Part shown: positions 53,592-63,998 of the stretch, in pieces | Layout: every line of letters begins with the position of its first letter | How positions within the stretch are numbered: the stretch's first letter is position 1 | The notes under the pieces: generated by a model | Told to the model about the DNA's origin: nothing | The model's input: only the letters and a program-made list of their open reading frames with translations | Database searches by the model: none | Program-made: the position numbers and the translations under genes | Source: Chitinophaga pinensis | GTDB taxonomy: Bacteria; Bacteroidota; Bacteroidia; NS11-12g; UBA955 | Length of the DNA stretch: 64,000 nt | Reading direction: 5' to 3' | Assembly: GCA_945888525.1 (NCBI GenBank) | Contig: CAMDAF010000001.1 | Coordinates: forward strand, 160,059-224,058

Positions 53592-54991
53592 ACTGACATT
53601 GAAATAATTTCTTTACCCACATTGTATGCTGTTTCTAAAGCACCGTGCACAGTACCACTGTTTTTGTTGGTGTTGCATGCTTCACCAGCAAAGAATATTT
53701 TTGAGTTTACAGATTTGGCTAACTCTTTTCTGGTTTCAGATTCTCCGCCCAATTTATGGTATGAAAATGCACCCTTAATAAAAGGTTCTTTACTCCAGTT
53801 TTTTACATGACATGAAACCAAAGAGTCAGATGCAGTTGTGCCAATGTAAGTAGCCCACTCGTTTTGAATTAGATTCAATATTTCTGATTCTCTCATTGAA
53901 TTCAATACATTTTCCGCGTATGCACCCATTACAGTTGCTGTCAGTATATATGAATTGTTTGCAGGGTCTTCACTTACAATCTCATATTTACCTATTTGGC
54001 CTTTGCAATAAATGGCTTTTGAATCTTCATGCCAAAATTTCCTATTGGTTTTTAGAGCGATTTTGATTGCCCCATCCATACCAATTTTATTCATTGCCGC
54101 AATTTTTGATTCTGGTAAAGTAGGAAGAAATTTAATTGAATTTACATCATCACTTTGTAATTTCAATATCGAAATTGGAACGGTCACAACCACATAATCA
54201 TATTCTCTTAATACTTGATTTTGATCCCGTACTTTTACTTTGCTTCCTGAATAATCGATAGCACTAATAGCAGTATTGTTTAAAACATAAGGCAATATTT
54301 TGCTGTATTCTCTGTACAAGATTTTATCACTGTTGGTGCCTGAAATTTGGTACATGTTTGAATCGATTTTACTCAAACCTTCACCTGAATTTAATGCAAT
54401 TGATGCGCGTTCAATACTGGTGCCGATTTTTTCTTCTGACCTGTTTTGGAAAATAAACTTAACACGCTCAGGTATATTCTTAGATTCAATATACTGAGCA
54501 ACAGAAACCTCTGCACTGCCATTGTAATCGCATACATCTTTGGTAGAGTTAATCATTTTTAAATAATCTGAATCTTGATTTAATTCGGTCAAATTAAATG
54601 AATTGCCATTGATGTAATACGAAGTGGGGCTTTTTGAATTTGTTTCTAAAGTTTGTGCTGACCTTAACATATCATACCATTGATTCTGATTTCCATAGGC
54701 GGCAGATGCACCCATTTCAATATTGTATGAGCCAAATACTTGTTCGTCTAAATTGATTCTTCCGCCTATTTTGTCGCTAGCTTCAAGTATTTCAACATCA
54801 AATTGGTTTTGCTCAAATAAAATTTTTGCAGTCTGTAAACCTGAAATTCCTGCACCAATGATTCCGACTCTAAGTTTCTTTTTGGGAGCAATGATTTCAC
54901 TCTTGCTACATGAGCTTAAGAGTATGCTAGCCAATGACATAGCTGGCAAAGCCATCGCAGTGATTTTAATAAATTCTCTTCGTGTTTGCAT
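53588..54991 (-). CDS. Flavin monoamine oxidase family protein with Tat/lipoprotein signal
   Basis: TRREF twin-Arg + LSSC; GAGISG, LEASDKIGGRI, FFAGEA..GTVHGA. Confidence 0.88.
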   Translation of the reverse strand: MQTRREFIKITAMALPAMSLASILLSSCSKSEIIAPKKKLRVGIIGAGISGLQTAKILFEQNQFDVEILEASDKIGGRINLDEQVFGSYNIEMGASAAYGNQNQWYDMLRSAQTLETNSKSPTSYYINGNSFNLTELNQDSDYLKMINSTKDVCDYNGSAEVSVAQYIESKNIPERVKFIFQNRSEEKIGTSIERASIALNSGEGLSKIDSNMYQISGTNSDKILYREYSKILPYVLNNTAISAIDYSGSKVKVRDQNQVLREYDYVVVTVPISILKLQSDDVNSIKFLPTLPESKIAAMNKIGMDGAIKIALKTNRKFWHEDSKAIYCKGQIGKYEIVSEDPANNSYILTATVMGAYAENVLNSMRESEILNLIQNEWATYIGTTASDSLVSCHVKNWSKEPFIKGAFSYHKLGGESETRKELAKSVNSKIFFAGEACNTNKNSGTVHGALETAYNVGKEIISMSV

Positions 54992-55017
54992 TTGTGTATA
55001 ACGCAGTGATAGTTTTG

Positions 55018-55033
55018 TATCTTTGCAAAGATA
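55018..55033. promoter_or_regulatory. Perfect palindrome TATCTTTGCAAAGATA = two opposed -7 promoter boxes
   Basis: TATCTTTG reads on both strands between divergent genes. Confidence 0.5.
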
Positions 55034-55085
55034 AGGTAAAAAATACTAGATTTAAAAATAGTAAGTAAAAATACTTAGTGATTAA

Positions 55086-56129
55086 ATGCAAAAATTTGAT
55101 AATCTGATAGTTGGTGCTGGCTTAGCAGGTGTTTGGACAGCCTACAGATTTATGCAAGAAAATAAAACTTTTGTACTTTTAGATCTTAAAGAAAAAAACA
55201 CCTCCTCACGTGTCGCAGCAGGTATTTACAATCCTTTATTGGCAAAAAGACAAAAGGTTTCTTACAATGCTAAAAATTTGTATCCTAATCTTTATTCAAA
55301 TTACCATGAATTGGAAGTTTTGTTGCAAGAAAAGTTTTGCTACAAGCACCACGTTTCATACATTATCGAAAATTTACGTGAACTAAATGATTGGGCCTCA
55401 TTGTCGGATTCAGATTGGTTCAGCGATTTTGTAAGGGTTAAAAATGAAAGAATATCTGACCTCGTGGTTTCAGACTTTGGATACATCGATATTCTCGATT
55501 CCGGATGGGTGGATATACCTCTTTTTTTAGATGCTTTTTTGTCTAAAATCCATGCGCCAAACATGTTTTTAAACCAAGCATTTGATGACAATTCTTTAGT
55601 TGTTAACCAGGATAATTTCCAATATGAAGATTTTCTTTTTAACCATGTGGTCTTTTGTCAAGGTACGGCAATTGATCAAAATAAATATACTTCAAATATA
55701 CGATTAAAGCCTGCAAAAGGAGAGATTTTGACCATTGAATCCCAGGAGCATCTCTCACAAATGATTCCTCAAAATGGCGTATTTTTATTGCCAGTTTCTG
55801 AGAAAAAATACAAAGTTGGTTCAAATTTTACTTGGGACAACTTAGACAACATTCCAAGTGAATCAGCCAAATTGGAGATTATTCAAAAGTTATGCAAATG
55901 GTATAAAGCGCCATTCGAAATAACAAACCATGTAGCCGGAGTGAGGCCATCTTCCCTAGACAGAAGACCAATACTTGGACGCTTGGATTTTCATCCTAAG
56001 GCCTTTGTTTTAAATGGATTTGGTTCCAAAGGCGTATCGCATGCACCATATTACAGTAAAATGCTTTCTAGGCTAATTTACGGTGATGTAAATGTAGACA
56101 AAGACGTCGATGTAAGCAGATTTAAATAG
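55086..56129 (+). CDS. FAD-dependent oxidoreductase (DAO/glycine oxidase-like)
   Basis: IVGAGLAG, SSRVAAG, KGEIL, AGVRP..DRRP..G, NGFGSKG. Confidence 0.88.
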   Translation: MQKFDNLIVGAGLAGVWTAYRFMQENKTFVLLDLKEKNTSSRVAAGIYNPLLAKRQKVSYNAKNLYPNLYSNYHELEVLLQEKFCYKHHVSYIIENLRELNDWASLSDSDWFSDFVRVKNERISDLVVSDFGYIDILDSGWVDIPLFLDAFLSKIHAPNMFLNQAFDDNSLVVNQDNFQYEDFLFNHVVFCQGTAIDQNKYTSNIRLKPAKGEILTIESQEHLSQMIPQNGVFLLPVSEKKYKVGSNFTWDNLDNIPSESAKLEIIQKLCKWYKAPFEITNHVAGVRPSSLDRRPILGRLDFHPKAFVLNGFGSKGVSHAPYYSKMLSRLIYGDVNVDKDVDVSRFK

Positions 56130-56850
56130 CCAACAGAACACAAGATTTTTCACTTGCTATTTCTTCTGCAATCTTTTTAGAATGGTTTTTACCGGTTACA
56201 AGTTCTTCTCCATCTAATAAAATAGAAACTTCGTAAATCTTTCGTTTGTGTTCAATGTCAACACTTTTCAAATTGAAATCAATTATTCTTTTTTCCTTTT
56301 GTGCCCATTTTACAAGTTTGGCCTTATAACTCAATTCTTGCAAGAGCAATGCTTCAAAATCTATATGCTGCTCTAAAATTTTATTAATTATAAATATTTT
56401 AGTAAATTCAAATCCTTTGTCTAAATAGATAGCACCGACTAATGATTCGAAAGCATTTCCTGAGATAGAATCCAAAAATACTGGATTGTTTTTAAGCTTA
56501 CTGTCAAACAACAAAATCTGGTGTATCCCCATTTTTCTTGCAATTTGATTTAACTTCGTCCTTCCTACAATTTTTGACCTGGTTTCGGTTAGGAAACCTT
56601 CATTTTGATATGGGAATTTTAAATACAATTTCTCAGCCACTATCATGCCAAGAACGGCGTCGCCAAGGAATTCTAAACGTTCATTATTGCCCGTTTTGGA
56701 ATCTTTACTTAAATGGTGTTTAAAAGAATTATGGGTTATTGCAACCTTGTACAGACTAATATTACTAGGATAAAATCCAAGTATATTGTAAAGCTTTTGA
56801 TAAAGTTTTTTGTCTTTTGAAAAATTGGCTTTAAAAAAATCTAAAATCAA
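56122..56850 (-). CDS. rnc: Ribonuclease III
   Basis: NERLEFLGDAVL signature, FESLVGAIYLD, C-terminal dsRBD. Confidence 0.96.
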   Translation of the reverse strand: MILDFFKANFSKDKKLYQKLYNILGFYPSNISLYKVAITHNSFKHHLSKDSKTGNNERLEFLGDAVLGMIVAEKLYLKFPYQNEGFLTETRSKIVGRTKLNQIARKMGIHQILLFDSKLKNNPVFLDSISGNAFESLVGAIYLDKGFEFTKIFIINKILEQHIDFEALLLQELSYKAKLVKWAQKEKRIIDFNLKSVDIEHKRKIYEVSILLDGEELVTGKNHSKKIAEEIASEKSCVLLAI

Positions 56851-56871
56851 ATTACATTTCTGTTTTAATGA

Positions 56872-58119
56872 TTAGATCTTTTTGAATATCACTGACGCAT
56901 TGTGTCCACCGAATCCAAACGTATTGCTGATTGCAACTTTAATGTCTCTCTTTTGAGCGGTATTAAATGTTAGGTTCAGTTTTGAATCGATGTTTTCATC
57001 ATCCGTAAAATGGTTAATCGTTGGAGGCACCAAGCTATGTTGCATAGCCATAATTGACGCTACGGCCTCAACAGCACCTGCACCGCCAAGAAGGTGACCA
57101 GTCATCGACTTAGTTGAGCTGATATTAAGTTTGTATGCTTGTTCTCCAAAAACAGACTGAATGGCTTTTAATTCTGCGATGTCTCCCAATGGAGTCGAAG
57201 TGCCATGAACATTAATGTAATCAATATCATTAATGTTTAAATTGGCCTCTTCTAATGCCCAATTCATGCATCTTATAACGCCCAATCCTTCCGGATGTGG
57301 GGCAGTCATATGGTAGGCATCCGCACTCATTCCTGTTCCGACAACCTCACAATAAATGCGCGCGCCTCTTGATATTGCATGCTCGTATTCTTCCAATACT
57401 AAAGCAGCAGAACCTTCGCCTAAAACAAACCCATCTCTATCTTTATCGAAAGGACGCGATGCAGTTTTAGGTGAATCATTTCTTTCACTTAATGCTTTCA
57501 TGCTGGTAAAACCACCAACTGCTGGTTCGTTCACACTAGCTTCTGATCCGCCTGTAATGATTACAGGGCTTTTGCCTAACCGTATTAAATTGAATGCATC
57601 GATTAAGGCGTTGTTACTTGATGCGCAAGCTGATACTGTCGTATAGTTTGGGCCACCAAATCCATATTTTATACTCACCAAACCACCAGCAATGTCGGAT
57701 ATCATTTTGGTGATAAAGAAAGGAGAGAATCTTGGCGTGCCATCGCCTGTTGCAAAATCAGCACTTTCATGAAAAAAGGAGGTTAATCCCCCAATTCCCG
57801 AACCCCAAATTACACCGACTCTTGTTTTGTCAATTTTTTCAAGATCTAAACCTGAGTCTTTAATGGCTTCTTCTGTTGTTACGTTGGCAAATTGAGCAAA
57901 GCGATCCATTTTTCTAGCTTCTTTGCGGTCCATGAAATTTTCAGGATTGAAATTTTTCACTTCACAAGCAAAATTGGCTTTGAACTTGGTCGTATCGAAG
58001 AGCGTAATCTTGTCGGCTCCACTTACACCATTGGCCAATCCATTCCAATACGATTGGAGGTCGTTGCCCAATGGCGTAAGGGCTCCCATTCCTGTAACTA
58101 CTACACGTTTAAATTGCAT
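56872..58119 (-). CDS. fabF: 3-oxoacyl-ACP synthase II
   Basis: SACAS, HGTST, GHLLG, NTFGFGGHN. Confidence 0.97.
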   Translation of the reverse strand: MQFKRVVVTGMGALTPLGNDLQSYWNGLANGVSGADKITLFDTTKFKANFACEVKNFNPENFMDRKEARKMDRFAQFANVTTEEAIKDSGLDLEKIDKTRVGVIWGSGIGGLTSFFHESADFATGDGTPRFSPFFITKMISDIAGGLVSIKYGFGGPNYTTVSACASSNNALIDAFNLIRLGKSPVIITGGSEASVNEPAVGGFTSMKALSERNDSPKTASRPFDKDRDGFVLGEGSAALVLEEYEHAISRGARIYCEVVGTGMSADAYHMTAPHPEGLGVIRCMNWALEEANLNINDIDYINVHGTSTPLGDIAELKAIQSVFGEQAYKLNISSTKSMTGHLLGGAGAVEAVASIMAMQHSLVPPTINHFTDDENIDSKLNLTFNTAQKRDIKVAISNTFGFGGHNASVIFKKI

Positions 58120-58140
58120 GTATATGTTATAGGATAAAAA

Positions 58141-58377
58141 TTACTTAGAGTTGTTTTCGATGTATGAAATCGCATCGCCAACAGTACCGATTTTTTCGGC
58201 TTGCTCATCAGGAATTGCAATGTTGAATTCTTTTTCAAATTCCATAATCAATTCAACTGTATCTAATGAATCTGCACCTAGGTCGTTAGTGAAACTCGCT
58301 TCTGGTGTTACTTCGCTTTCTTCAACTCCTAATTTGTCAACGATGATTGACTTTACTTTTTCTGCTACTTCTGACAT
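58141..58377 (-). CDS. acpP: Acyl carrier protein
   Basis: [12 protein letters not shown]. Confidence 0.98.
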   Translation of the reverse strand: MSEVAEKVKSIIVDKLGVEESEVTPEASFTNDLGADSLDTVELIMEFEKEFNIAIPDEQAEKIGTVGDAISYIENNSK

Positions 58378-58542
58378 GATGTATTTTTTTTTGTTGGTGC
58401 AAATAACTATATTTTTGAAATAAAATCACAATTTTTTTTCAAAAATTTATTAGTCCTATGTCCTAACTCATAAATATTGATGCCCTCTTTGCTGTTATTA
58501 AAGATAAATTTCAAGAGATTTAGTTTATTTTTGAATGTTTAA

Positions 58543-59808
58543 ATGAAATATCCAATCTCTTTTCTACTCATTATATTTATTTCTACGAACCTTTTTGGCC
58601 AAGATTCAATCTATACCCACAAAATTATTGAAGCACTTTGCAGCAATAAAATGTCTGGCAGAGCTTATGTCAAGCGTGGCGACCAAGTTGCAGCCAATTA
58701 TATTGCGAAAGAGTTTAATGCTATAGGATTAAGCAAATTTGGAAAAGATTATTTTCAAGAATTCACCTTTTCTGTCAATACTTTTCCAAGTCAAATGGAA
58801 GTGAAATACAACGGTAGAGTGCTGATACCCGGAATAGAATACCTTGTTGACCCCGCTTCTCCTTCAATTGATTTTCATGGGAAAGTTAAATATGTTGGTA
58901 TAAAATCGCTCGATTCTAATACCCATTATGACCATTGGGGATCCAAAATCCATTCAGCAGTGATTGATACTTTTACAAGTAAATATTATAGTGATGCGGC
59001 AATTAACTTAAAACAATACACCTCAGATCAGAGAAATTTGCTACTTGTAAAGCTAAGCAATGAAAAATTAACCTGGTCGTGCAGCCAAAAACAATCTAAA
59101 GTCCCAGTTATTACTTTAAAATCAGAAGTCTTCAATAGAAACGAAACGGCCAATTTTGAAATACAAATTAAAAATAAGTTTATCCCTAAATATGTGTCAA
59201 GAAATGTCATCGGTTTTATAGAAGGAACTAAATTTAAAGATAGTTTCATATATGTCACCGCCCACTATGACCATTTGGGAATGATGGGTAGTAGTACCAT
59301 GTTTCCTGGCGCTAATGACAATGCAAGCGGTATTGCAATGATGCTCAACTTAGCAAAGTATTTCAAAATCAATAAACCAAAATACTCAATTGTCTTTATA
59401 GCCTTTTCTGGTGAAGAAGCTGGCCTAATTGGTTCCCATCACTATGTCGAAAATCCATTGACACCTTTATCTGATATTAAGTTTTTAGTCAATTTAGATC
59501 TAATGGCCAATGGGGCTGAGGGGGTAATGGTTGTCAATGGCACAATAAATCCTTCCGAGTTTCAATTGCTTAAAACCATTAATGACAAAGAAAAATATTT
59601 GCCTGAGGTTAAAATCAGAGGCAAGGCCGCCAACAGCGACCATTATTGGTTTGCCCAATCGGGCGTGCCTGCATTTTTCTTTTATTTAATGGGGCCATAC
59701 CCATTTTACCACGATGTTAATGATCAGGCTACAGCATTGCCGCTAACTAATTTTGAGCAAGCGTTTATGCTGTTTCAGTCGTTTATTTCGCAACTTCAAA
59801 ATCAATAA
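58543..59808 (+). CDS. M28 family peptidase
   Basis: Signal peptide; AHYDH, GANDNASG, GEEAGLIGS, NSDH, YH. Confidence 0.92.
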   Translation: MKYPISFLLIIFISTNLFGQDSIYTHKIIEALCSNKMSGRAYVKRGDQVAANYIAKEFNAIGLSKFGKDYFQEFTFSVNTFPSQMEVKYNGRVLIPGIEYLVDPASPSIDFHGKVKYVGIKSLDSNTHYDHWGSKIHSAVIDTFTSKYYSDAAINLKQYTSDQRNLLLVKLSNEKLTWSCSQKQSKVPVITLKSEVFNRNETANFEIQIKNKFIPKYVSRNVIGFIEGTKFKDSFIYVTAHYDHLGMMGSSTMFPGANDNASGIAMMLNLAKYFKINKPKYSIVFIAFSGEEAGLIGSHHYVENPLTPLSDIKFLVNLDLMANGAEGVMVVNGTINPSEFQLLKTINDKEKYLPEVKIRGKAANSDHYWFAQSGVPAFFFYLMGPYPFYHDVNDQATALPLTNFEQAFMLFQSFISQLQNQ

Positions 59809-59809
59809 T

Positions 59810-60091
59810 TTGCTCAAAATCAAAACTTTCACCTACCCAAATGAGGCATCAGTAATGATGGCGTTTCTAGATGCACAAGGCATTCAAGCTGTTTTGAACA
59901 ATGCCATCAACACCCAAGTAGATCCGATGCTCTCAAATGCGCTTGGAGGAGTTCAGTTGTTTGTGCCTAATTCTCAAGCCGAATTGGCCATTGCTTTGTT
60001 GCGCGAAAATGGTTTTGATATAGGCTACGAATCAACTGAAAATAAATTGGTGTCCTGGATCAATAAATTAATGGCTGGTAAAAAGAAATGA
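59810..60091 (+). CDS. DUF2007 (putative signal-transducing) domain protein
   Basis: TTG start; TFTYPNEA..M..L...GI...LSNALGGVQLFV. Confidence 0.75.
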   Translation: MLKIKTFTYPNEASVMMAFLDAQGIQAVLNNAINTQVDPMLSNALGGVQLFVPNSQAELAIALLRENGFDIGYESTENKLVSWINKLMAGKKK

Positions 60092-60180
60092 ATGTAAGGC
60101 ATTCTAAAAGCTTGGATGATTTTTCAATTTGAATCTTTCAAATTGGATATCCTGTTAAATTAATTGTTTTCATTAATACA

Positions 60181-60215
60181 AAAAAAAGCCCAAGCAGAAA
60201 TATGCTTGAGCTTTT
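60181..60215 (-). terminator. Intrinsic (possibly bidirectional) terminator between convergent genes
   Basis: A7-GCCCAAGCA...TGCTTGAGC-T4. Confidence 0.75.
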
Positions 60216-60235
60216 GTAACGATATCTTAAAAGGT

Positions 60236-61381
60236 TTATACCTTAGAAAGGGCTAATTCAATGTCAGCAATCAAATCTTCAATATCTTCAACACCAACGC
60301 TTAATCGCAATAAACCATCTACAACACCAGCCTTTTCTCTCTCTTCTTTAGGGATACTGGCATGGGTCATACTTGCAGGGTGGTTTACCAAACTTTCGAC
60401 TCCACCCAATGATTCTGCTAAGGTGAAAATTTCTACATTGGTGGCAAAACGCATGGCCGCTTCAAAATCGTCACCTTTCAAAGTAAATGAAACCATACCG
60501 CCAAAGCCGCGCATTTGTTTTTTAGCGATTTCATGACCTGCGGCATCTTCAAAACCTGGCCAGTATACTTTTCCAATTTTAGGATGGTTTCTTAAGTAAT
60601 GGGCAACCTGTTTTCCATTTTCGCAGTGCGCTTTCATTCTCAAATGCAAAGTTTTAATCCCTCTAATTACAAGGAAGCTATCCATAGGGCCGGGGTTGGC
60701 GCCACAGCTATTTAAAATAAACGCCAGGCGCTCATGTAAAGTTTGATCCTTTGTTACCAAAGCACCCATTACCACATCGCTGTGGCCGCCTAGATATTTT
60801 GTCGCACTGTGCATGACGATATCTGCACCTAAGTCTAATGGGTTTTGTAGATATGGAGAGGCAAAAGTATTGTCAATAGCTAATATTAAATTGTGCTTTT
60901 TTGCAAGGGTCGCTACTGCTTCAATATCAACTATCTTTAATGTCGGATTGGTTGGGGTTTCAGCCCAAATTAATTTGGTGTTTGAGTTGATATACTTTTC
61001 GATATTGCTTGCATCGTATAAATCAATATAATGAAACTTTATTCCAAATGGTTCGTATATTTTAGAAAACATTCTGTATGAACCACCGTAAATATCATCG
61101 CCAGTAATAACCTCGTCACCTGGCTTCATTAACTTGATCACTGCATCTACAGCACCCATTCCACTGCTAAAACAAAGCGCATTTGTGCCGTTTTCTAGCG
61201 CTGCTAAATTGTTTTCCAATTGTGTTCTGGTCGGGTTTTTACCGCGCGCATAGGCATAGCCCTTGTGTTTGCCAGGATATTCTTGAACAAAAGTAGACGT
61301 TTGAAAGATTGGAGTCATAATCGCTCCAGTAGTAGGATCTGGTTCTATGCCCGCATGCAAGGCTTTGGTTCCGAATTTCAT
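60236..61381 (-). CDS. Cystathionine gamma-synthase/lyase (Cys/Met metabolism PLP enzyme)
   Basis: ETPTNP, DNTFASP, HSATKYLGGHSD, LAESLGGVESL, LRLSVGVE. Confidence 0.93.
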   Translation of the reverse strand: MKFGTKALHAGIEPDPTTGAIMTPIFQTSTFVQEYPGKHKGYAYARGKNPTRTQLENNLAALENGTNALCFSSGMGAVDAVIKLMKPGDEVITGDDIYGGSYRMFSKIYEPFGIKFHYIDLYDASNIEKYINSNTKLIWAETPTNPTLKIVDIEAVATLAKKHNLILAIDNTFASPYLQNPLDLGADIVMHSATKYLGGHSDVVMGALVTKDQTLHERLAFILNSCGANPGPMDSFLVIRGIKTLHLRMKAHCENGKQVAHYLRNHPKIGKVYWPGFEDAAGHEIAKKQMRGFGGMVSFTLKGDDFEAAMRFATNVEIFTLAESLGGVESLVNHPASMTHASIPKEEREKAGVVDGLLRLSVGVEDIEDLIADIELALSKV

Positions 61382-61425
61382 ATTGCAGCAAAAATACGGA
61401 ATTCGTAAATATCTAAAGTTAATAT

Positions 61426-62082
61426 TTAAGCAATTTCTATTTGCTTAAGATTTGGACTAATTACCAATCTGCCCTCAGTTTTTGACTTTACGTCTTCTAC
61501 CGTAACACCTGGCGCTATTTCCATTAACACAAATCCTTCTTCCGTAATTTCAAAAAAGCCCAATTCACTCACTACTTTTTTAACACAGGCAATACCTGTT
61601 ATTGGCAAACTGCATTCTTTTAATAGCTTTGACTCACCAGCTTTGTTTACATGTTGCATGGCTACAATGATATTCTTTGCACTTGCTACTAGATCCATTG
61701 CACCGCCCATGCCTTTAACCATTTTACCTGGTATTTTCCAATTGGCAATGTCCCCTCTGTCGTTCACTTCCATAGCGCCGAGCACAGTTAGGTCAACTTT
61801 ACCGGCCCTTATCATTCCAAAGCTCATAGCTGAGTCAAAAAATGCTGATCCAGGAATGGTGGTAATGGTCTGCTTGCCTGCGTTAATTAAATCTGGATCT
61901 TCTTCGCCTTCAAAAGGGAATGGGCCCATTCCTAGCAAACCGTTCTCAGATTGTAAAATTACTTCAACGCCTTCAGGGATATAATTTGCCACCAAGGTTG
62001 GTATGCCTATGCCTAAGTTTACATAGTAGCCATCTTTTAGCTCTAGGGCAATGCGTTTAGCAATTTGTTCTTTTGTTAACAT
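61426..62082 (-). CDS. scoB: 3-oxoacid CoA-transferase subunit B
   Basis: VNLGIGIP, QSENG (catalytic Glu), GMGGAMDL. Confidence 0.93.
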   Translation of the reverse strand: MLTKEQIAKRIALELKDGYYVNLGIGIPTLVANYIPEGVEVILQSENGLLGMGPFPFEGEEDPDLINAGKQTITTIPGSAFFDSAMSFGMIRAGKVDLTVLGAMEVNDRGDIANWKIPGKMVKGMGGAMDLVASAKNIIVAMQHVNKAGESKLLKECSLPITGIACVKKVVSELGFFEITEEGFVLMEIAPGVTVEDVKSKTEGRLVISPNLKQIEIA

Positions 62083-62204
62083 GGTTCTTGCTGCAAATCA
62101 AATGCTTTTTTGAAAATTTACCTTAAAAAACATTGAGTTATTTTTTTGTGAACTCAAATGGATTGTTCTTGCAAATGCTCTGTTTTAGGTTTATGAATTT
62201 ACAA

Positions 62205-63998
62205 TCAATTCTTTAGTATCACTTGGTATTCAATGTCAGATCGTCTTAGTTCATCCAATAGCTCCGGACAAATATCTATTTTCCTATCGCTGCTATACAA
62301 CTCGAATTTATGGTTCTTGCTTCTATTGCTTACATTGAAATTAATGGGCATTTCTCCTTCGAATTTTTTAAATATTTTTTCCAAATCATCCAGCAATGTT
62401 GCACTCAAATGCTCTAATTGCATATTAATGCCAAGACCTTTAATATAGCGGTCTTTTACATCCTCCATTTTCTCGCCAGAAGCAATATTTAATTCAAATG
62501 GTTTTCCACCTTCTTTTGCCCATCTAGGTTTCTCAATTTTACATCTTAAGACAATAAATTGATTCGGGTATAAAATTAATCGAAGTGCATCAAAAGCAGG
62601 GCCAAATGCAAAGAAGGTAAATGAACCTGAATAATCTTGCAAAGTGAATTTAGAATAGTTTTTTCCCGTTTTGGTGATCAAATTGTCAACCCTCGTAACA
62701 ATGCCGGCTACAACTGGGTTTGGTTTGGTCTTTACCAATTCAATAATGTCTTCTAAATCGGTAAGTTTAGTGGTCGTCAAAGCATCAAATTCAACTTTAA
62801 ACGTATCCATAGGATGTCGATTGATAAAAATACCAACCATTTCTTTTTCCATTTGACATTCTTCAAGTATTGAATAGGTTTCAGCTTTAGGCAATGAGGG
62901 CTCTGCAAAGGTTTCTTTGCTGCTTTCTCCAAACAATGAGCCTTGGTTGCTTAAATTGTTTTCTTGGGTTCTAGCGCCATATCTCAATGCAATTTCGATT
63001 CCAGTTCCATTCTCAGTTTCTGCAAGGTATTGGGCTTTGTGGTAGTTTGGGTCAAAATCAAATCCACCACCTTTCACCAAAGCTTCTAAGGTTCTTCTAT
63101 TGACATTCCTAAGATTACAACGCGCGCACAAATCAAAAATATTTTTAAATGGACCGTTTAATTCTCGTTCTTCGATTAAGTTAATGGCTGGGGCATCACC
63201 AACACCCTTTACAGCGCACAATCCAAACCGTATCTGTCCTTTGCTGTTTACCGAAAACAATCGATCACTCTCATTAACACTAGGACCCAATACAGGTGTG
63301 CCCATTCGGGTGCATTCTTGCATCATTAAACTGATTTTTTCGATGTTGCTGCTGTTGTTACTCAAAACAGCTGCCATATACTCAGCAGGGTAGTGGGCTT
63401 TTAAATAACCTGTCTGATAGGCCACAAATGCGTAACAAGTGGAGTGCGATTTGTTGAATGCATAGGAGGCAAATGCTTCCCAGTCTTTCCAAACTTTTTC
63501 ACATTTGATAGGATCCAACCCTTTATTCGCAATGCCCGACATAAATTCGTCCTTTAATTTCATCAAATCTGCCAAGTTCTTTTTCCCCATGGCCTTTCTC
63601 AAAGAGTCTGCTTTGCCTTTACTGAAACCTGCAAGTGATTGGCTTAACAGCATTACCTGCTCTTGGTAGACGGTTATGCCATAAGTGTCGGACAAGTATA
63701 CTTCCAGTTCGGCAATATCATACGTCACAGGTTCCAATCCATGTTTGCGCTTGACATATGTTGGGATGTATTCCATCGGACCTGGACGATAGAGTGCATT
63801 CATCGCAATTAAATCTTCAAACTTATCTGGCTTTAACTCCCTCAAATATTTTTGCATACCTGGACTTTCAAATTGGAAAGTCCCTGTTGTCTCTGCTCTT
63901 TGATACAATTCAAACGTTTTTAGATCATCTAAAGGAATGTTGTCTATGTCGATATCTACATTGTGGTTTTTCTTTATCAATTCCATTGCGGTCTTAAT
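62205..63998 (-). CDS. dnaE: DNA polymerase III alpha subunit (5'-truncated by window edge)
   Basis: FQFESPGM, ALYRPGP, YQEQVM, YAFNKSH, IRFGL. Frame stays open to the window end. Confidence 0.97.
   Translation of the reverse strand: MKTAMELIKKNHNVDIDIDNIPLDDLKTFELYQRAETTGTFQFESPGMQKYLRELKPDKFEDLIAMNALYRPGPMEYIPTYVKRKHGLEPVTYDIAELEVYLSDTYGITVYQEQVMLLSQSLAGFSKGKADSLRKAMGKKNLADLMKLKDEFMSGIANKGLDPIKCEKVWKDWEAFASYAFNKSHSTCYAFVAYQTGYLKAHYPAEYMAAVLSNNSSNIEKISLMMQECTRMGTPVLGPSVNESDRLFSVNSKGQIRFGLCAVKGVGDAPAINLIEERELNGPFKNIFDLCARCNLRNVNRRTLEALVKGGGFDFDPNYHKAQYLAETENGTGIEIALRYGARTQENNLSNQGSLFGESSKETFAEPSLPKAETYSILEECQMEKEMVGIFINRHPMDTFKVEFDALTTTKLTDLEDIIELVKTKPNPVVAGIVTRVDNLITKTGKNYSKFTLQDYSGSFTFFAFGPAFDALRLILYPNQFIVLRCKIEKPRWAKEGGKPFELNIASGEKMEDVKDRYIKGLGINMQLEHLSATLLDDLEKIFKKFEGEMPINFNVSNRSKNHKFELYSSDRKIDICPELLDELRRSDIEYQVILKN

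Noticed and set aside
62205-63998. Intein or split dnaE
   Set aside because: The visible part is collinear with ordinary DnaE. The truncation is only the window edge.
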